Shown here: one piece after another, positions 9,401 through 18,658 of the stretch
Layout of the letters: every line of letters starts with the position of its first letter
How positions within the stretch are numbered: the stretch's first letter is position 1
Assembly (NCBI GenBank): GCA_016860685.1
Contig: BOJX01000001.1
Span: 29,776-93,775 of the forward strand
DNA length: 64,000 bases
Source of the DNA: Planctomycetota bacterium
GTDB taxonomy: Bacteria > Planctomycetota > Phycisphaerae > UBA1845
Reading direction: 5' to 3'
Program-made: the position numbers and the translations under genes
Notes under the pieces: generated by a model
Databases searched by the model: none
Told to the model about the DNA's origin: nothing
Seen by the model: the letters and a program-made list of their open reading frames with translations, nothing else

Positions 9401-11020
9401 TTACTCCACTCGGATGATCCGCCGCCCGGTGTGCGTCAGGCCGAACATGTCCGTCGCCCGAACCTCGATGACGTGCGTTCCTTTTGAAGGAGCGCTCGGC
9501 AACGTCGCCGTCCACAGATGCGGCGTGCGCGTCGGCTTCGGCAGCTTGTTCTCCGGCGGCGGCTGCACCTTTGCTTCGGCCGCGACCGCTTCAACGAACG
9601 TCGGGTCCATCGCGGTCGTCGGCGTCATGTCCACCCAGGCCCCGTCGCCGACGCGCATCTGCACGCGCGTTTTCTCATTGCCCGCGAAAACGTTGGCCGT
9701 CACGAGCGTCTTGCCCGCGTCCGCGGCGGCCACGACCTCGGGGGCGTGGATGCTCATCTGATGATCGGCTGGACGGCGCGCCGCGCGGAACTCGATCGTG
9801 TATTGCGCGGCGTCAAACGTGATGAGGTTGTGCCCGTTGGGCGCGCCGTCGGACATCGTCGCGTGCGGGATACCGTTCTCATCCTTCAACCCTCCCCACC
9901 AGCTTCCGCAGACCGTCGCGCAGATGACGTGATGATGCGGCTCGGGGCGCGTCCACCCCTCCTTGTCGGTGAAGAACACGTGCTCCTGAAAATGCGCATG
10001 CGCCGAGAGCGACAGGGTGTAAGGAAAGCGCGCCAGCTCCGCGAAGATCGCCGCGGTCTCCTTCGTCTCCCGCAGCGGAATGTGCATCATCAGCACGACC
10101 AGATGCTCCGGCGTCACCAGCTTCAGGTCGTTCACCAACCACTGCATCTGGCGTTCGCCCAGCCCGCTGACGTAGTGCGCGTCCTGGTCCGCCGTCTTCG
10201 CAATCCAGACCACGTTGTCCAGTACGACGAAGTGAACCCTGCCCACGTCGAACGAGTAATACGGCGGTCCGTAAACGCGCTCGAACGTCTCATCCGAGTG
10301 CCGGTCGTCCGCCGCGTCGAAGTTCATGTCGTGATTGCCCAGCACGTTGTACCACGGGATGCCGATCTTCCCGACCGTGGCGTTCAGACTTCCGAAAAGC
10401 GAAAGATCATCGAAGACAACATCCCCCAGCGTGACCCCCAGCAGCGCCGGCGATCCGATCAGCGGTTCGATCACGTCGTGCGCCATGTAATCTATCTCGC
10501 GCTGATTGCGCGGCTGGGTGTCGCCGAAGATCAACACCTGAAACTTCGACGCTTCCGGGCGACGGTAGAGTGGAAAATCCACGGATGCCGGCAGAGGCCC
10601 CGTCGGCGCCACGCCCGCGTATTTCAGCGGCGGAGAACCGGCGGGCTTGTGAATGTAGTGGAACTTCGGCAGCTTGTGCTCGTCCACCGGGGTCATCCAG
10701 TCCGCCGGCTTCACGACAAAAAGGATCGTGTCGTCCCCGACCGGAAGTTCGTACGCTCCGTCCGACCGCGTGTACACGAGGTCCAGCCCGTTGCTGACGC
10801 GCACTGCGGGAATTCCCGGCTCGCCCTCGTCGCGCTTGCCGTTCCGGTTGAGGTCTTCGAACACGAACCCCCGCACCTGCCCGGTAGGCGCCGCTGCGGC
10901 TTGTGCCGGGCGTGGCTCATCGTGCCCCTCATGTCCTGCGGCAGCGCCGACGCCTCCCCAGATCGCCAGCGCCGCCGCCGCTCGCCCGCCCCACGCCCGC
11001 CCGATCCTCCTGCTCAACAT
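9401..11020 (-). CDS. secreted calcineurin-like metallophosphoesterase
   Basis: Signal-like N-terminus. Motifs FGDTQ, LGDVVFDD, GNHD and a later HHH region, with additional N- and C-terminal domains. 539 aa. Confidence 0.8.
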   Translation of the reverse strand: MLSRRIGRAWGGRAAAALAIWGGVGAAAGHEGHDEPRPAQAAAAPTGQVRGFVFEDLNRNGKRDEGEPGIPAVRVSNGLDLVYTRSDGAYELPVGDDTILFVVKPADWMTPVDEHKLPKFHYIHKPAGSPPLKYAGVAPTGPLPASVDFPLYRRPEASKFQVLIFGDTQPRNQREIDYMAHDVIEPLIGSPALLGVTLGDVVFDDLSLFGSLNATVGKIGIPWYNVLGNHDMNFDAADDRHSDETFERVYGPPYYSFDVGRVHFVVLDNVVWIAKTADQDAHYVSGLGERQMQWLVNDLKLVTPEHLVVLMMHIPLRETKETAAIFAELARFPYTLSLSAHAHFQEHVFFTDKEGWTRPEPHHHVICATVCGSWWGGLKDENGIPHATMSDGAPNGHNLITFDAAQYTIEFRAARRPADHQMSIHAPEVVAAADAGKTLVTANVFAGNEKTRVQMRVGDGAWVDMTPTTAMDPTFVEAVAAEAKVQPPPENKLPKPTRTPHLWTATLPSAPSKGTHVIEVRATDMFGLTHTGRRIIRVE

Positions 11021-11299
11021 TGCGATCCTCCGCTGATGATGGCCCGCTCCCCGTCTCCCCAGCGACTGAGATTCCGCCGGCCCGGGGCTTCACCTCCGCG
11101 CAGTCTAATTCACCAGCAGCCGCGTGTCTTGCGATCGTATTAAGAAAGCCTCGTGAATTCGCGCAACCTGAGCGCCGCGGAAGCGCTCCTCGCGCAGACG
11201 CTTCCCGGCAACGTGGCGTCGGCGTAATCTAACGTCGCGGTCCGGGAGCGCATCGGCGTCTTCCGGCGTCGCTTATGCCGGGTTCTGAGGGCAGGTCAC

Positions 11300-12997
11300 A
11301 TGAAGACGATGAGGACAATCCTTGCGGTGGCGATTCTGACGAGTTCTTTTCACGGCGCGGCGGCGCAGACGGAGACGCCCGCAATGCCCCCGGAGCAGGA
11401 GGCCAAGGTTTTGATCAAAGCGTACACAACTCGGTATCAGCCGGTGCTGATCGAGGCCAACCGCGCCTGGTGGGAGGCCAGCACCACCGGCTCCAACGAA
11501 GCCTTCGACCGCAAAAAAAAGGCCGACAAGGCGCTCGTCGCCCTGCACAGCGACACGTACCTCGCGGATCGGGTCAACGCGATCCTCAAGAGCGGCGCCG
11601 TGACCGACCCCGTGGAACGCCGGCAGCTTGAAGTCATGCGCCTTCACCTCCTGGCCGCCCACGCCGATCCGGACCTGCAAAACCGCATCGTCGATCTTCA
11701 GTCGGACATCGAGCAAACCTTCAATACCCACCGCAGCGACGTCGGCGGCAAGCTCCTCACCGAGAACGAAGTCCGCGCGATCCTCGCCGAAACGACGGAC
11801 TCGAAGCAGGCGGAGGCGGCGTGGAAGGGATACATGCAGGTCGGGCGCAAAGCCGACGGAAAGCTGCGCGAACTGGTCGCCCTGCGCAACGAACTGGCCC
11901 GCCAGCTCGGCTATCCGGACTTTCACGCGTACAAACTCGCCTCGCAGGAGATCGAGGCCGAGCCTTTCTTCGCCCTTTTTGACGAACTGGACCGCTTGAC
12001 CGCCGCGCCTTTCGCCGAAATCAAGGCCCGCATCGACGCGGCGCGGGCGAAAAAATTCGGCGTCGCGGAATCGGACCTCAGACCGTGGCACTTCGGCGAC
12101 CTCTTCTTTCAGGAGGCGCCGGAAGTCGAAGGCGTGGATCTCGACGCCGTCTACCGCGACGTGGACCTCGTCGCCCTCACCAAGCATTACTATCAGAGCC
12201 TCGGGTTCGACTGCGAGGACATCTTCGCCCGCAGCGACCTCCTCGAAAAAGAGGGCAAAAGCCCGCACGCTTTCGCCACCGATATCGACCGTGAAGGCGA
12301 CATCCGCGTCCTCTGCAACATCAAGCCCAACCTGTACTGGGCCGACACCACGATGCACGAGATCGGACACGCCGTCTACGACAAGTACATTGACCGCACT
12401 CTGCCCTTCACCCTGCGCGAGGCCTCGCACAGCATCACCACCGAAGGCGTCGCGATGATGTTCGGCGCGATCGTCAAGAACGCGGATTTCCTCGCCCGCG
12501 TCCGCAAGCTCAAAGCGGACGAAGCGGCGGCTGCGGGCAAGGCGGCGGCCGACGCCCTTCGGATGGAGAAACTCATGTTCGCCCGCTGGACCCAGGTGAT
12601 GGTGCGGTTCGAACACGGATTGTACACCCAGCCGGATCAGGATCTCGGCAAACTCTGGTGGGATCTCAAGAGGCGCTACCAGCTTCTGAACCCGCCCGAA
12701 TCCACCGACCGCCCGGACTACGCCGCGAAGGTGCATATCCTCACCGAGCCGGTGTATTACCACAGCTACCTGATGGGCGACCTCTTCGCCGCCCAGGTCC
12801 GCAACACGATCGCTCGTCGCGTCCTCGGGCAGGCGTCGCCGGGCGAAACAAGTTTTTTCGGTGAGACGAAAGCCGGCGACTACCTCCGGCGGGAGGTCTT
12901 CGGCCCCGGCAACCTTTACTCGTGGAACGAACTGACGAAACGCGCCACCGGCGAACCGCTCACCGCGAAGTATTTTGCTGAGCAGTTCGTACGTTGA
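11300..12997 (+). CDS. secreted M2-family (angiotensin-converting-enzyme-like) zinc metallopeptidase
   Basis: Signal peptide MKTMRTILAVAILTSSFHGAAA. TMHEIGHAVY...LPFTLREASHSITTEG is an HEXXH motif plus a downstream Glu, spaced as in ACE (HEMGH...LPVALREGANPGFHEA). The N-terminal ANRAWWEASTTG resembles the ACE ASWxYNTN region. Confidence 0.72.
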   Translation: MKTMRTILAVAILTSSFHGAAAQTETPAMPPEQEAKVLIKAYTTRYQPVLIEANRAWWEASTTGSNEAFDRKKKADKALVALHSDTYLADRVNAILKSGAVTDPVERRQLEVMRLHLLAAHADPDLQNRIVDLQSDIEQTFNTHRSDVGGKLLTENEVRAILAETTDSKQAEAAWKGYMQVGRKADGKLRELVALRNELARQLGYPDFHAYKLASQEIEAEPFFALFDELDRLTAAPFAEIKARIDAARAKKFGVAESDLRPWHFGDLFFQEAPEVEGVDLDAVYRDVDLVALTKHYYQSLGFDCEDIFARSDLLEKEGKSPHAFATDIDREGDIRVLCNIKPNLYWADTTMHEIGHAVYDKYIDRTLPFTLREASHSITTEGVAMMFGAIVKNADFLARVRKLKADEAAAAGKAAADALRMEKLMFARWTQVMVRFEHGLYTQPDQDLGKLWWDLKRRYQLLNPPESTDRPDYAAKVHILTEPVYYHSYLMGDLFAAQVRNTIARRVLGQASPGETSFFGETKAGDYLRREVFGPGNLYSWNELTKRATGEPLTAKYFAEQFVR

Positions 12998-13235
12998 ACG
13001 CTGTGACGCGGTTTCGTAACCAAGCCGCACCCGTGAGAGGGCGTGTTTTTCGTGCGTCCTGATTCTTCATCCGACTCCGGCGTGCAGCGTCCTGAGGGTC
13101 TTGAAGATACGGCGCAGCGCGCCCCGACGCCCCGGAGAGGCCTCCGAGGGTGTCTCGCGGAGAGGCGCCCGAGAGGGGCGGGACATCGGATAACGGAAGC
13201 CCCGAAGAACCTGCTGAGCGGCGGACTTGCGTCTT

Positions 13236-13321
13236 TGCAGGGCTTCCTCCGTCCCTCCGAGACGCAAAATTCACCAGGAAAAACCGGCATCACCAGCGCC
13301 GATCATGAGTTCTCAATCTGG
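13236..13321 (-). repeat. structured ~95-bp repeat, copy B (diverged; 120 nt downstream of the serS stop)
   Basis: Shares CGTCCCTCCGAGACG (hairpin), GGAAAAACCGGCATCAC, CCGAT and GTTCTCAATCTGG with copies A and C. Confidence 0.55.
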
Positions 13322-13441
13322 TAAGATCATTCCACGGATCTTTTTGTGGGGCGAGGCGCGAGCGCCTGTCATTCAAAAGGCTACAATCGACAATTTGTGC
13401 ACCGACCGCCCGATCAGGCTCGGTTATAAAGGGCCGGCGAC

Positions 13442-14776
13442 TCAGCCGGATCGCTCGATCCGCTCCCGGCCGCCGAGGTACGGGCGCAGAGCTTCCGGGA
13501 TCGTCACCGTTCCGTCCGCGTTCTGATAAAGCTCCAGGACGGGGATCAGGATGCGCGGCGAGGCGATGACCGTGTTGTTGAGCGTATGACAGTAGTGGTT
13601 CTTCTTCGCGCCGTCACGATAGCGCAGCTTCAGGCGGCGCGCCTGGAACTCGTAGAAGCGCGAGGCTGAGTGCGTCTCGCCGTAACCGCCGCGCGAGGGC
13701 ATCCACGTTTCGATGTCGAACTTCTGCGCCTGTCCCTGTCCGAGGTCGCCGGCGCAGACGTTCACCACGCGGTAGGGCAGTTTCAGCGCCGCCAGCACGT
13801 CTTCGGCGTTCTTCAGAATCTCGTGGTGCCAGCGCTTGGACTCTTCGACATCGTTGCGGCAGATCACCACCTGCTCGACCTTTTCAAACAAGTGAATGCG
13901 GTACAGGCCGTGCGTGTCCTTGCCCGCGGCGCCGGCTTCGCGCCGGAAGCACGTGGACTGCGCGACGTACTTTTTCGGCAGGTCGCCCTCGGCGAGGATT
14001 TCTTCGGAGTGATAGGCGGTGACCGGGACTTCCGCGGTTCCGACGAGCGACATCGCGTCGCGTTCGCAGAGGTACGCCTGATCGCGCCCGGCGGGGAAGT
14101 ATCCCGTTCCGACCATTACATCCTCGCGCACCAGGACAGGGACCGTCATCGGAACAAACCCGCGGGCGATCATCATGTCCTGAGCGAGGCGCAGCACCGC
14201 CTGATGCAGCAGCGAACCGTCACCCTTGAGGATGTAATTCCGGCTGCCGGCGAGCTTGACGCCGCGCTCGATGTCGAGAATGCCCAGCTCCGTGCCGAGC
14301 GTGACGTGGTCCTTCGGCTCGAAGTCGAAGCGTCGCACCTCGCCGACGCGCCTGATCTCGACGTTCTCGGTGTCGTCCCTGCCCGGCGGAACCTCGGGGT
14401 CCGCCGGTTGCGGCACGGTGAGCATGAGGCGGTCGAACTCCGCCGCGACGGTCTGCTCCTCGTCTTCGAGCGCCTTGATAAGCGGCTTCAGCCCGGCGAG
14501 TTCCGCCTGCGTCTCGTCGGCGAACGCCTTGATGTCGGCCTCGGTCTTCCCCGCGGATAGCGCCTGCTTGTAGGCGGGAGATTTGGGGTTGCGCAGCAGG
14601 CCCATCAATTCGCCGCCCTCGCGGACCTTGCCGCGCAGACCGTCGAGTTCGACCTGGATTTCGCGGCGGCGGGCGTCCACGGCGATCAGGCGATCCACGT
14701 CGCAGGCGACGCGCTTCGCCGCCGCGGCCTGGCGGATCAGCTCCGGGTTCTCTCGTATGAATTTCGGATCCAGCAT
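13442..14776 (-). CDS. serS: serine--tRNA ligase
   Basis: MLDPKFIRENPE..., an N-terminal coiled-coil arm, and class II core motifs (FRREAG, GLYRIHLFEKVE, TLNNTVIASPR). Confidence 0.93.
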   Translation of the reverse strand: MLDPKFIRENPELIRQAAAAKRVACDVDRLIAVDARRREIQVELDGLRGKVREGGELMGLLRNPKSPAYKQALSAGKTEADIKAFADETQAELAGLKPLIKALEDEEQTVAAEFDRLMLTVPQPADPEVPPGRDDTENVEIRRVGEVRRFDFEPKDHVTLGTELGILDIERGVKLAGSRNYILKGDGSLLHQAVLRLAQDMMIARGFVPMTVPVLVREDVMVGTGYFPAGRDQAYLCERDAMSLVGTAEVPVTAYHSEEILAEGDLPKKYVAQSTCFRREAGAAGKDTHGLYRIHLFEKVEQVVICRNDVEESKRWHHEILKNAEDVLAALKLPYRVVNVCAGDLGQGQAQKFDIETWMPSRGGYGETHSASRFYEFQARRLKLRYRDGAKKNHYCHTLNNTVIASPRILIPVLELYQNADGTVTIPEALRPYLGGRERIERSG

Positions 14777-15039
14777 AGCCCTGAAGGGATTACCGGATCA
14801 CCCGGATCGACGCAAACGGGACGGTTTCCGCCTCCTGCGGGGCCGTAACGGGCATCCCCGCCGCATACGCCTTGAATAAAAACCGATGGCTCCGGGGACG
14901 ATCGCCACGTGCGGCGCGGTATCATAAGCGGCGCGTACCCTGCACCCCCGCCGAGCGTAGGGATATCGAGGCCGCCGGTTTCCGGAGTCGAACGGACAAC
15001 CGACCGCAAAACGGCGTCACCGCCAGAAGGCCACGAACG

Positions 15040-15594
15040 ATGAAAGCACCGTACCGAGTTCACTTGCCGGACCAGGATCGCAGGGGGAGGATGCCGGCGC
15101 TCGCCGTCCTGACCGTCGCCGCGCTCGGGACCGTCGTCCGCGCCGACGAATGCCTCGTGTGATCAGCGCGAGCGGTGTTCACGCGCGAGGACCACGCGAT
15201 GGCGTATGACGAAGCCCGCGATACGCTTCAGTATTTTGGCGGAAAAGGGTACAATTTCCACACCGATCGACTCTCATGGTGGGAGCGCCGGGTGGACACC
15301 GATTGCGATGGGTACGTCGACGGCGACGATCCGTGTGAGGGGATCGGCGAGGTGCGCACGACTTGTCGGAACGGGGGCGGCCGCGGCGTGATCAAGGCGT
15401 CGGCCGTCGTCCACCTCGCCGCGGGAACCCCCGTCACTTTCGCGATGGATGAGGACGACCTGCGCATGATCCTGGTGGAGGGGCCCGGTCGGCGCCTTCG
15501 CGCGAAGTGGCGCAACGTGGACGCGGGTCCGCACGAGGTCTGCATCCTCCAATGCCGCGGTTTGCAGCGCTGCTCGGCGACGGATTGCGAGTGA
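15040..15594 (+). pseudogene. secreted Cys-rich protein interrupted by an in-frame TGA (15163-15165)
   Basis: ORFs 14872..15162 and 15175..15594 are in the same frame. Read-through gives a signal peptide MPALAVLTVAALGTVVRADECLV, then the stop, then SARAVFTREDHAMAYDEARDTLQYFGG... TGA is one substitution away from TGG (Trp). Confidence 0.55.
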
Positions 15595-15724
15595 GACGCC
15601 CGGAATCCGACCAGAAGGATTCGGATCCGAACAGGGTTCATGCTCGTTCAACGCGCGTCAGGGGCGAAGCCCCGTTCAACCTCCGCCGGGTTCAGAGGGT
15701 TCGCATTCCTCGAGTTTGAAAAGC

Positions 15725-15764
15725 CGCGCGGGCCTGCGATCCGTCATGATCGCAGGCCCGCGCG
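15725..15764. terminator. bidirectional hairpin terminator between convergent genes
   Basis: Perfect 17-bp stem, CGCGCGGGCCTGCGATC (15725-15741) with GATCGCAGGCCCGCGCG (15748-15764), and a 6-nt loop. Flanked by GAAAAG on the left and TTTCGG on the right. Confidence 0.6.
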
Positions 15765-15823
15765 TTTCGGATTCTCAGCCGATCACCCGGTCAGGGGCGA
15801 ACCGAGTTTGCCCGGTTGTCGCG

Positions 15824-17905
15824 TCAGGGCTGCGGACCGCAGGTGATGCTCGCCTCCACGCCGCACTCGACGAGATCGACGAAGTGCCGCCCGTTCGGAA
15901 TGCGGAAGAACTTCACCTTCGCCCGGCCGTTGTCCTTCACGACGCGCGGGAAGTCCGTCATCGGGTTGTCGTCGAGACGGAACGTGACCGTTGTCCCCGG
16001 ACGCCCGTTGAACAGCTTCGACACCACGGTGATTGAGTTGTCCAGGTGCAGCTTGCAGCCCATCTGGAGGAACTCCAGACCGGTGCAGTCGCCGCCGCTT
16101 TCGCAGGCATCGCCCACGCCGTTCTCGTCTGAGTCCTCCTGACCGGGGTTCGGGACGTCCGGACAATTGTCCACACAATCCGCGACGCCGTCGCCGTCCG
16201 TGTCATCGTCGCTGACGCCGCAGCCGCACGCGCCTTCCTCGGTCTTGTTCGGATCGTCCGGACAGCCGTCGTTGCAGTCGGGCGTCCCGTCGCCGTCCGT
16301 GTCATCATCGCTGACGCCGCAGCCGCACGCGCCTTCCTCGGTCTTGTTCGGATCGTCCGGACAGCCGTCGTTGCAGTCCGGCGTCCCGTCGCCGTCCGTG
16401 TCATCGTCGCTGACGCCGCAGCCGCACGCGCCTTCCTCGGTCTTGTTCGGATCGTCCGGACAGCCGTCGTTGCAGTCGGGCGTGCCGTCGCCGTCCGTGT
16501 CATCATCGCTGACGCCGCAGCCGCACGCGCCTTCCTCGGTCTTGTTCGGATCGTCCGGGCAGCCGTCGTTGCAGTCCGGCGTCCCGTCGCCGTCCGTGTC
16601 CTCATCGCTGACGCCGCAGCCGCACGCGCCTTCCTCGGTCTTGTTCGGATCGTCCGGGCAGCCGTCGTTGCAGTCCGGCGTCCCGTCGCCGTCCGTGTCA
16701 TCATCGCTGACGCCGCAGCCGCACGCGCCTTCCTCGGTCTTGTTCGGATCGTCCGGGCAGCCGTCGTTGCAGTCGGGCGTGCCGTCGCCGTCCGTGTCAT
16801 CATCGCTGACGCCGCAGCCGCACGCGCCTTCCTCGGTCTTGTTCGGATCGTCCGGACAGCCGTCGTTGCAGTCCGGCGTCCCGTCGCCGTCCGTGTCATC
16901 GTCGCTGACGCCGCAGCCGCACGCGCCTTCCTCGGTCTTGTTCGGATCGTCCGGGCAGCCGTCGCAGGCGTCGCCCGCGCCGTCGCCGTCCCGGTCCGAC
17001 TGATCCTTATTGCTCACGTCCGGGCAATTGTCGACGTCGCCGCAGACGCCGTCGCCATCCGCGTCGTTATCCGGATCGTCGGGGCATGCGTCGCAGTCAT
17101 CGATGATCCCGTCGTCATCCCGGTCGCCTTCGATGAAGTCCGACACGCAGTCGCCGTCGCAATCCACGATCGAGTAGTTGAGGTTGCCGGGATTCAGCGT
17201 CGGTGGCGAATTCACGCCGATCGTCTGCCAACCGAACATCTGGAGCGTGTCCCAGTTGTAGGGACCGGGCGACGTGCCCGTAACGACGCCGCCGGCCCAG
17301 AGCAGGGCGTTGGACCCGCAGCGGATGCGGTGCAAGGCGTCCGGCGTGTACGACTCGAAGCGCCCCAGCGCCGTGCCGCCGAGATCGTCGGCGTACTCAT
17401 GTTCGTCGTCCGGAGTCCCGTCGAACTCCTTGTAGCTGACGGCGTCCACCGTGGTGAAATCCGGGAGCGGTCCGTCCAACGTGCCGTCGTTCCCGGCGTC
17501 AAGATCCTGTCCGACGGTGAACGTACCGCCGAAACCGAGCACATACGTGTTCGTGCCGTTTTCGATGTCGGGGTTGAAGTCGAAGATGACGACGTTCGTG
17601 TCCGGGTCCGGCGGCGGCTGGAGCACTGTGCCCGAGTCGCGGATGAGCAGGAGGCCGTTGGCGCCCGTCGAGTACGAGCTGAGATTGAGCGCGACATCGA
17701 TGACGCCGCCGCCGGTCCCGTCGCCCTCAATGACCAGGAACCACCAGCCGCTGAAATTGAAGTTCGGCGCCGCCTGAATCTCGACGAACTCCTGTCCGTT
17801 GTCGGTTGAGGGCGGATCCAGGAGCAACTCGCTTAGGAATCCCTGCCCCAACGCCTGACCCGCCAGCGCGCAAAGCGCCAGTGCTACCCACGCACGTTTC
17901 CGCAT
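15824..17905 (-). CDS. secreted surface protein: lamin-tail-like domain + thrombospondin type-3-like Ca-binding repeats + Cys-framed C-terminal domain
   Basis: ATG 17905 gives the signal peptide MRKRAWVALALCALAGQALG. FLSELLLDPPSTDNGQEFVEI... is LTD-like. Eight copies of the 33-aa unit DGCPDDPNKTEEGACGCGVSDDDTDGDGTPDCN follow, rich in DxDxDG motifs. Confidence 0.8.
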   Translation of the reverse strand: MRKRAWVALALCALAGQALGQGFLSELLLDPPSTDNGQEFVEIQAAPNFNFSGWWFLVIEGDGTGGGVIDVALNLSSYSTGANGLLLIRDSGTVLQPPPDPDTNVVIFDFNPDIENGTNTYVLGFGGTFTVGQDLDAGNDGTLDGPLPDFTTVDAVSYKEFDGTPDDEHEYADDLGGTALGRFESYTPDALHRIRCGSNALLWAGGVVTGTSPGPYNWDTLQMFGWQTIGVNSPPTLNPGNLNYSIVDCDGDCVSDFIEGDRDDDGIIDDCDACPDDPDNDADGDGVCGDVDNCPDVSNKDQSDRDGDGAGDACDGCPDDPNKTEEGACGCGVSDDDTDGDGTPDCNDGCPDDPNKTEEGACGCGVSDDDTDGDGTPDCNDGCPDDPNKTEEGACGCGVSDDDTDGDGTPDCNDGCPDDPNKTEEGACGCGVSDEDTDGDGTPDCNDGCPDDPNKTEEGACGCGVSDDDTDGDGTPDCNDGCPDDPNKTEEGACGCGVSDDDTDGDGTPDCNDGCPDDPNKTEEGACGCGVSDDDTDGDGTPDCNDGCPDDPNKTEEGACGCGVSDDDTDGDGVADCVDNCPDVPNPGQEDSDENGVGDACESGGDCTGLEFLQMGCKLHLDNSITVVSKLFNGRPGTTVTFRLDDNPMTDFPRVVKDNGRAKVKFFRIPNGRHFVDLVECGVEASITCGPQP
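16202..16993. repeat. 8 tandem copies of a 99-bp in-frame repeat
   Basis: Units start at 16202, 16301, 16400, 16499, 16598, 16697, 16796 and 16895. They are near-identical with a few mostly synonymous differences, and the last unit diverges in its final third. Confidence 0.95.
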
Positions 17906-18195
17906 TGATAACCCCCTCGATTGAACTGCCGCGCGCCCCGGAGCGTGACGATCACGCGCCCGCCTGAGTTTGTCCCCTTGCTGTCGTTGGGGCGTAAACC
18001 TCAGGCGCGAAAGCTGACGGAAGATTAACGGTTGACGAAAGCGGCGCAAAGATCGACCGCGTTTCCCCTCCGCCGGCGGCATACGGAATCAAATTAATGT
18101 TTTTTCATGCTCGCAGCGGCTACCCTTCCTTCGAGTTTATCAAGGGGGCGCCGTGGGGTAGCCTCTTTGCAAGCATCGTTGCGAGAGCAGGTTGG

Positions 18196-18609
18196 ATGAA
18201 AGGGATTTCGCAATTCTGGATTCGAACCGCCGCGATCAACGGCCTGCTGGCGGTCGCCGCGGGAGCCTTCGGCGCACACGCCTTGAAGACACGCCTTGCC
18301 GCCGATCGCCTCGAGGTTTTCGAGACCGCCGCGCGATACCAGATGTATCACGCCCTGGCGCTGCTCGGCGTGGCGCGGGTCGCGGCGCGAGCGCCGTCGC
18401 ATTGGGCGACGGCCAGCGGGACGGCGTTCCTCGTCGGCACGGCGATCTTCAGCGGGAGTCTTTACGTATATGCGCTGGGCGGCGGGCGAGTGTTTGCGAT
18501 GGTGACGCCGGTCGGCGGTGCGGCGTTGCTGGCGGGGTGGGCGTTGCTCTGGCCCGCCGCGAGGAAACCGGATCGCGCCGGACTTACCCCAGGCGACTCC
18601 GACGACTGA
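18196..18609 (+). CDS. DUF423-family small membrane protein
   Basis: ATG 18196 gives MKGISQFWIRTAAINGLLAVAAGAFGAHAL...YQMYHALALL...GSLY, four predicted TM helices with the pattern typical of DUF423 (YgdD-like) proteins. Confidence 0.7.
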   Translation: MKGISQFWIRTAAINGLLAVAAGAFGAHALKTRLAADRLEVFETAARYQMYHALALLGVARVAARAPSHWATASGTAFLVGTAIFSGSLYVYALGGGRVFAMVTPVGGAALLAGWALLWPAARKPDRAGLTPGDSDD

Positions 18610-18658
18610 CGCGGCTCGTCGCGGAAGTTCACGCCGTGCAGTACGCTGCGCCGACGAC

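Noticed and set aside
11273-13030. Long ORFs antisense to confidently identified genes. Examples: 11273..13030(-), 5060..6544(-), 9518..11143(+), 13670..14560(+), 18836..20587(-), 20995..22371(+), 22685..25129(+), 29171..30562(-), 32091..32969(+), 40379..41935(-), 41632..42798(+), 50688..52535(+), 58103..59431(+), 60066..61460(+), 61457..62815(+).
   Set aside because: Their translations are Arg/Pro/Gly/Ala-rich and motif-free, as is typical of stop-poor shadow frames in high-GC DNA. In every case the opposite strand encodes a protein with clear family motifs.
14960-15045. A tRNA-like T-arm sequence on the minus strand (GGAGTCGAAC on the plus strand, i.e. GTTCGACTCC).
   Set aside because: Only a 4-bp stem with an 8-nt loop can form. 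No matching acceptor stem, D-arm or anticodon arm can be drawn, and the best self-complementary boundaries give about 63 nt, too short for a tRNA.
15163-15165. The in-frame TGA as selenocysteine or as a reassigned sense codon.
   Set aside because: TGA clearly terminates many well-supported genes in this window (for example serS and the small ORF upstream of pyrC). No SECIS-like hairpin follows immediately, and the context does not resemble a selenoprotein redox motif. A nonsense mutation of TGG, or a sequencing error, is simpler.
16202-16993. A regular 99-bp periodic repeat array that could be mistaken for a CRISPR array.
   Set aside because: The units are contiguous with no unique spacers, are in-frame within a long ORF, and encode Ca-binding DxDxDG repeats. 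No cas genes are nearby.
18205-18225. GGATTCGAACCGCCG, resembling the reverse complement of a tRNA T-arm/acceptor.
   Set aside because: It lies inside the DUF423 coding frame (FWIRTAAI). The flanking bases do not form the T-stem (GGCGG vs CCAGA).
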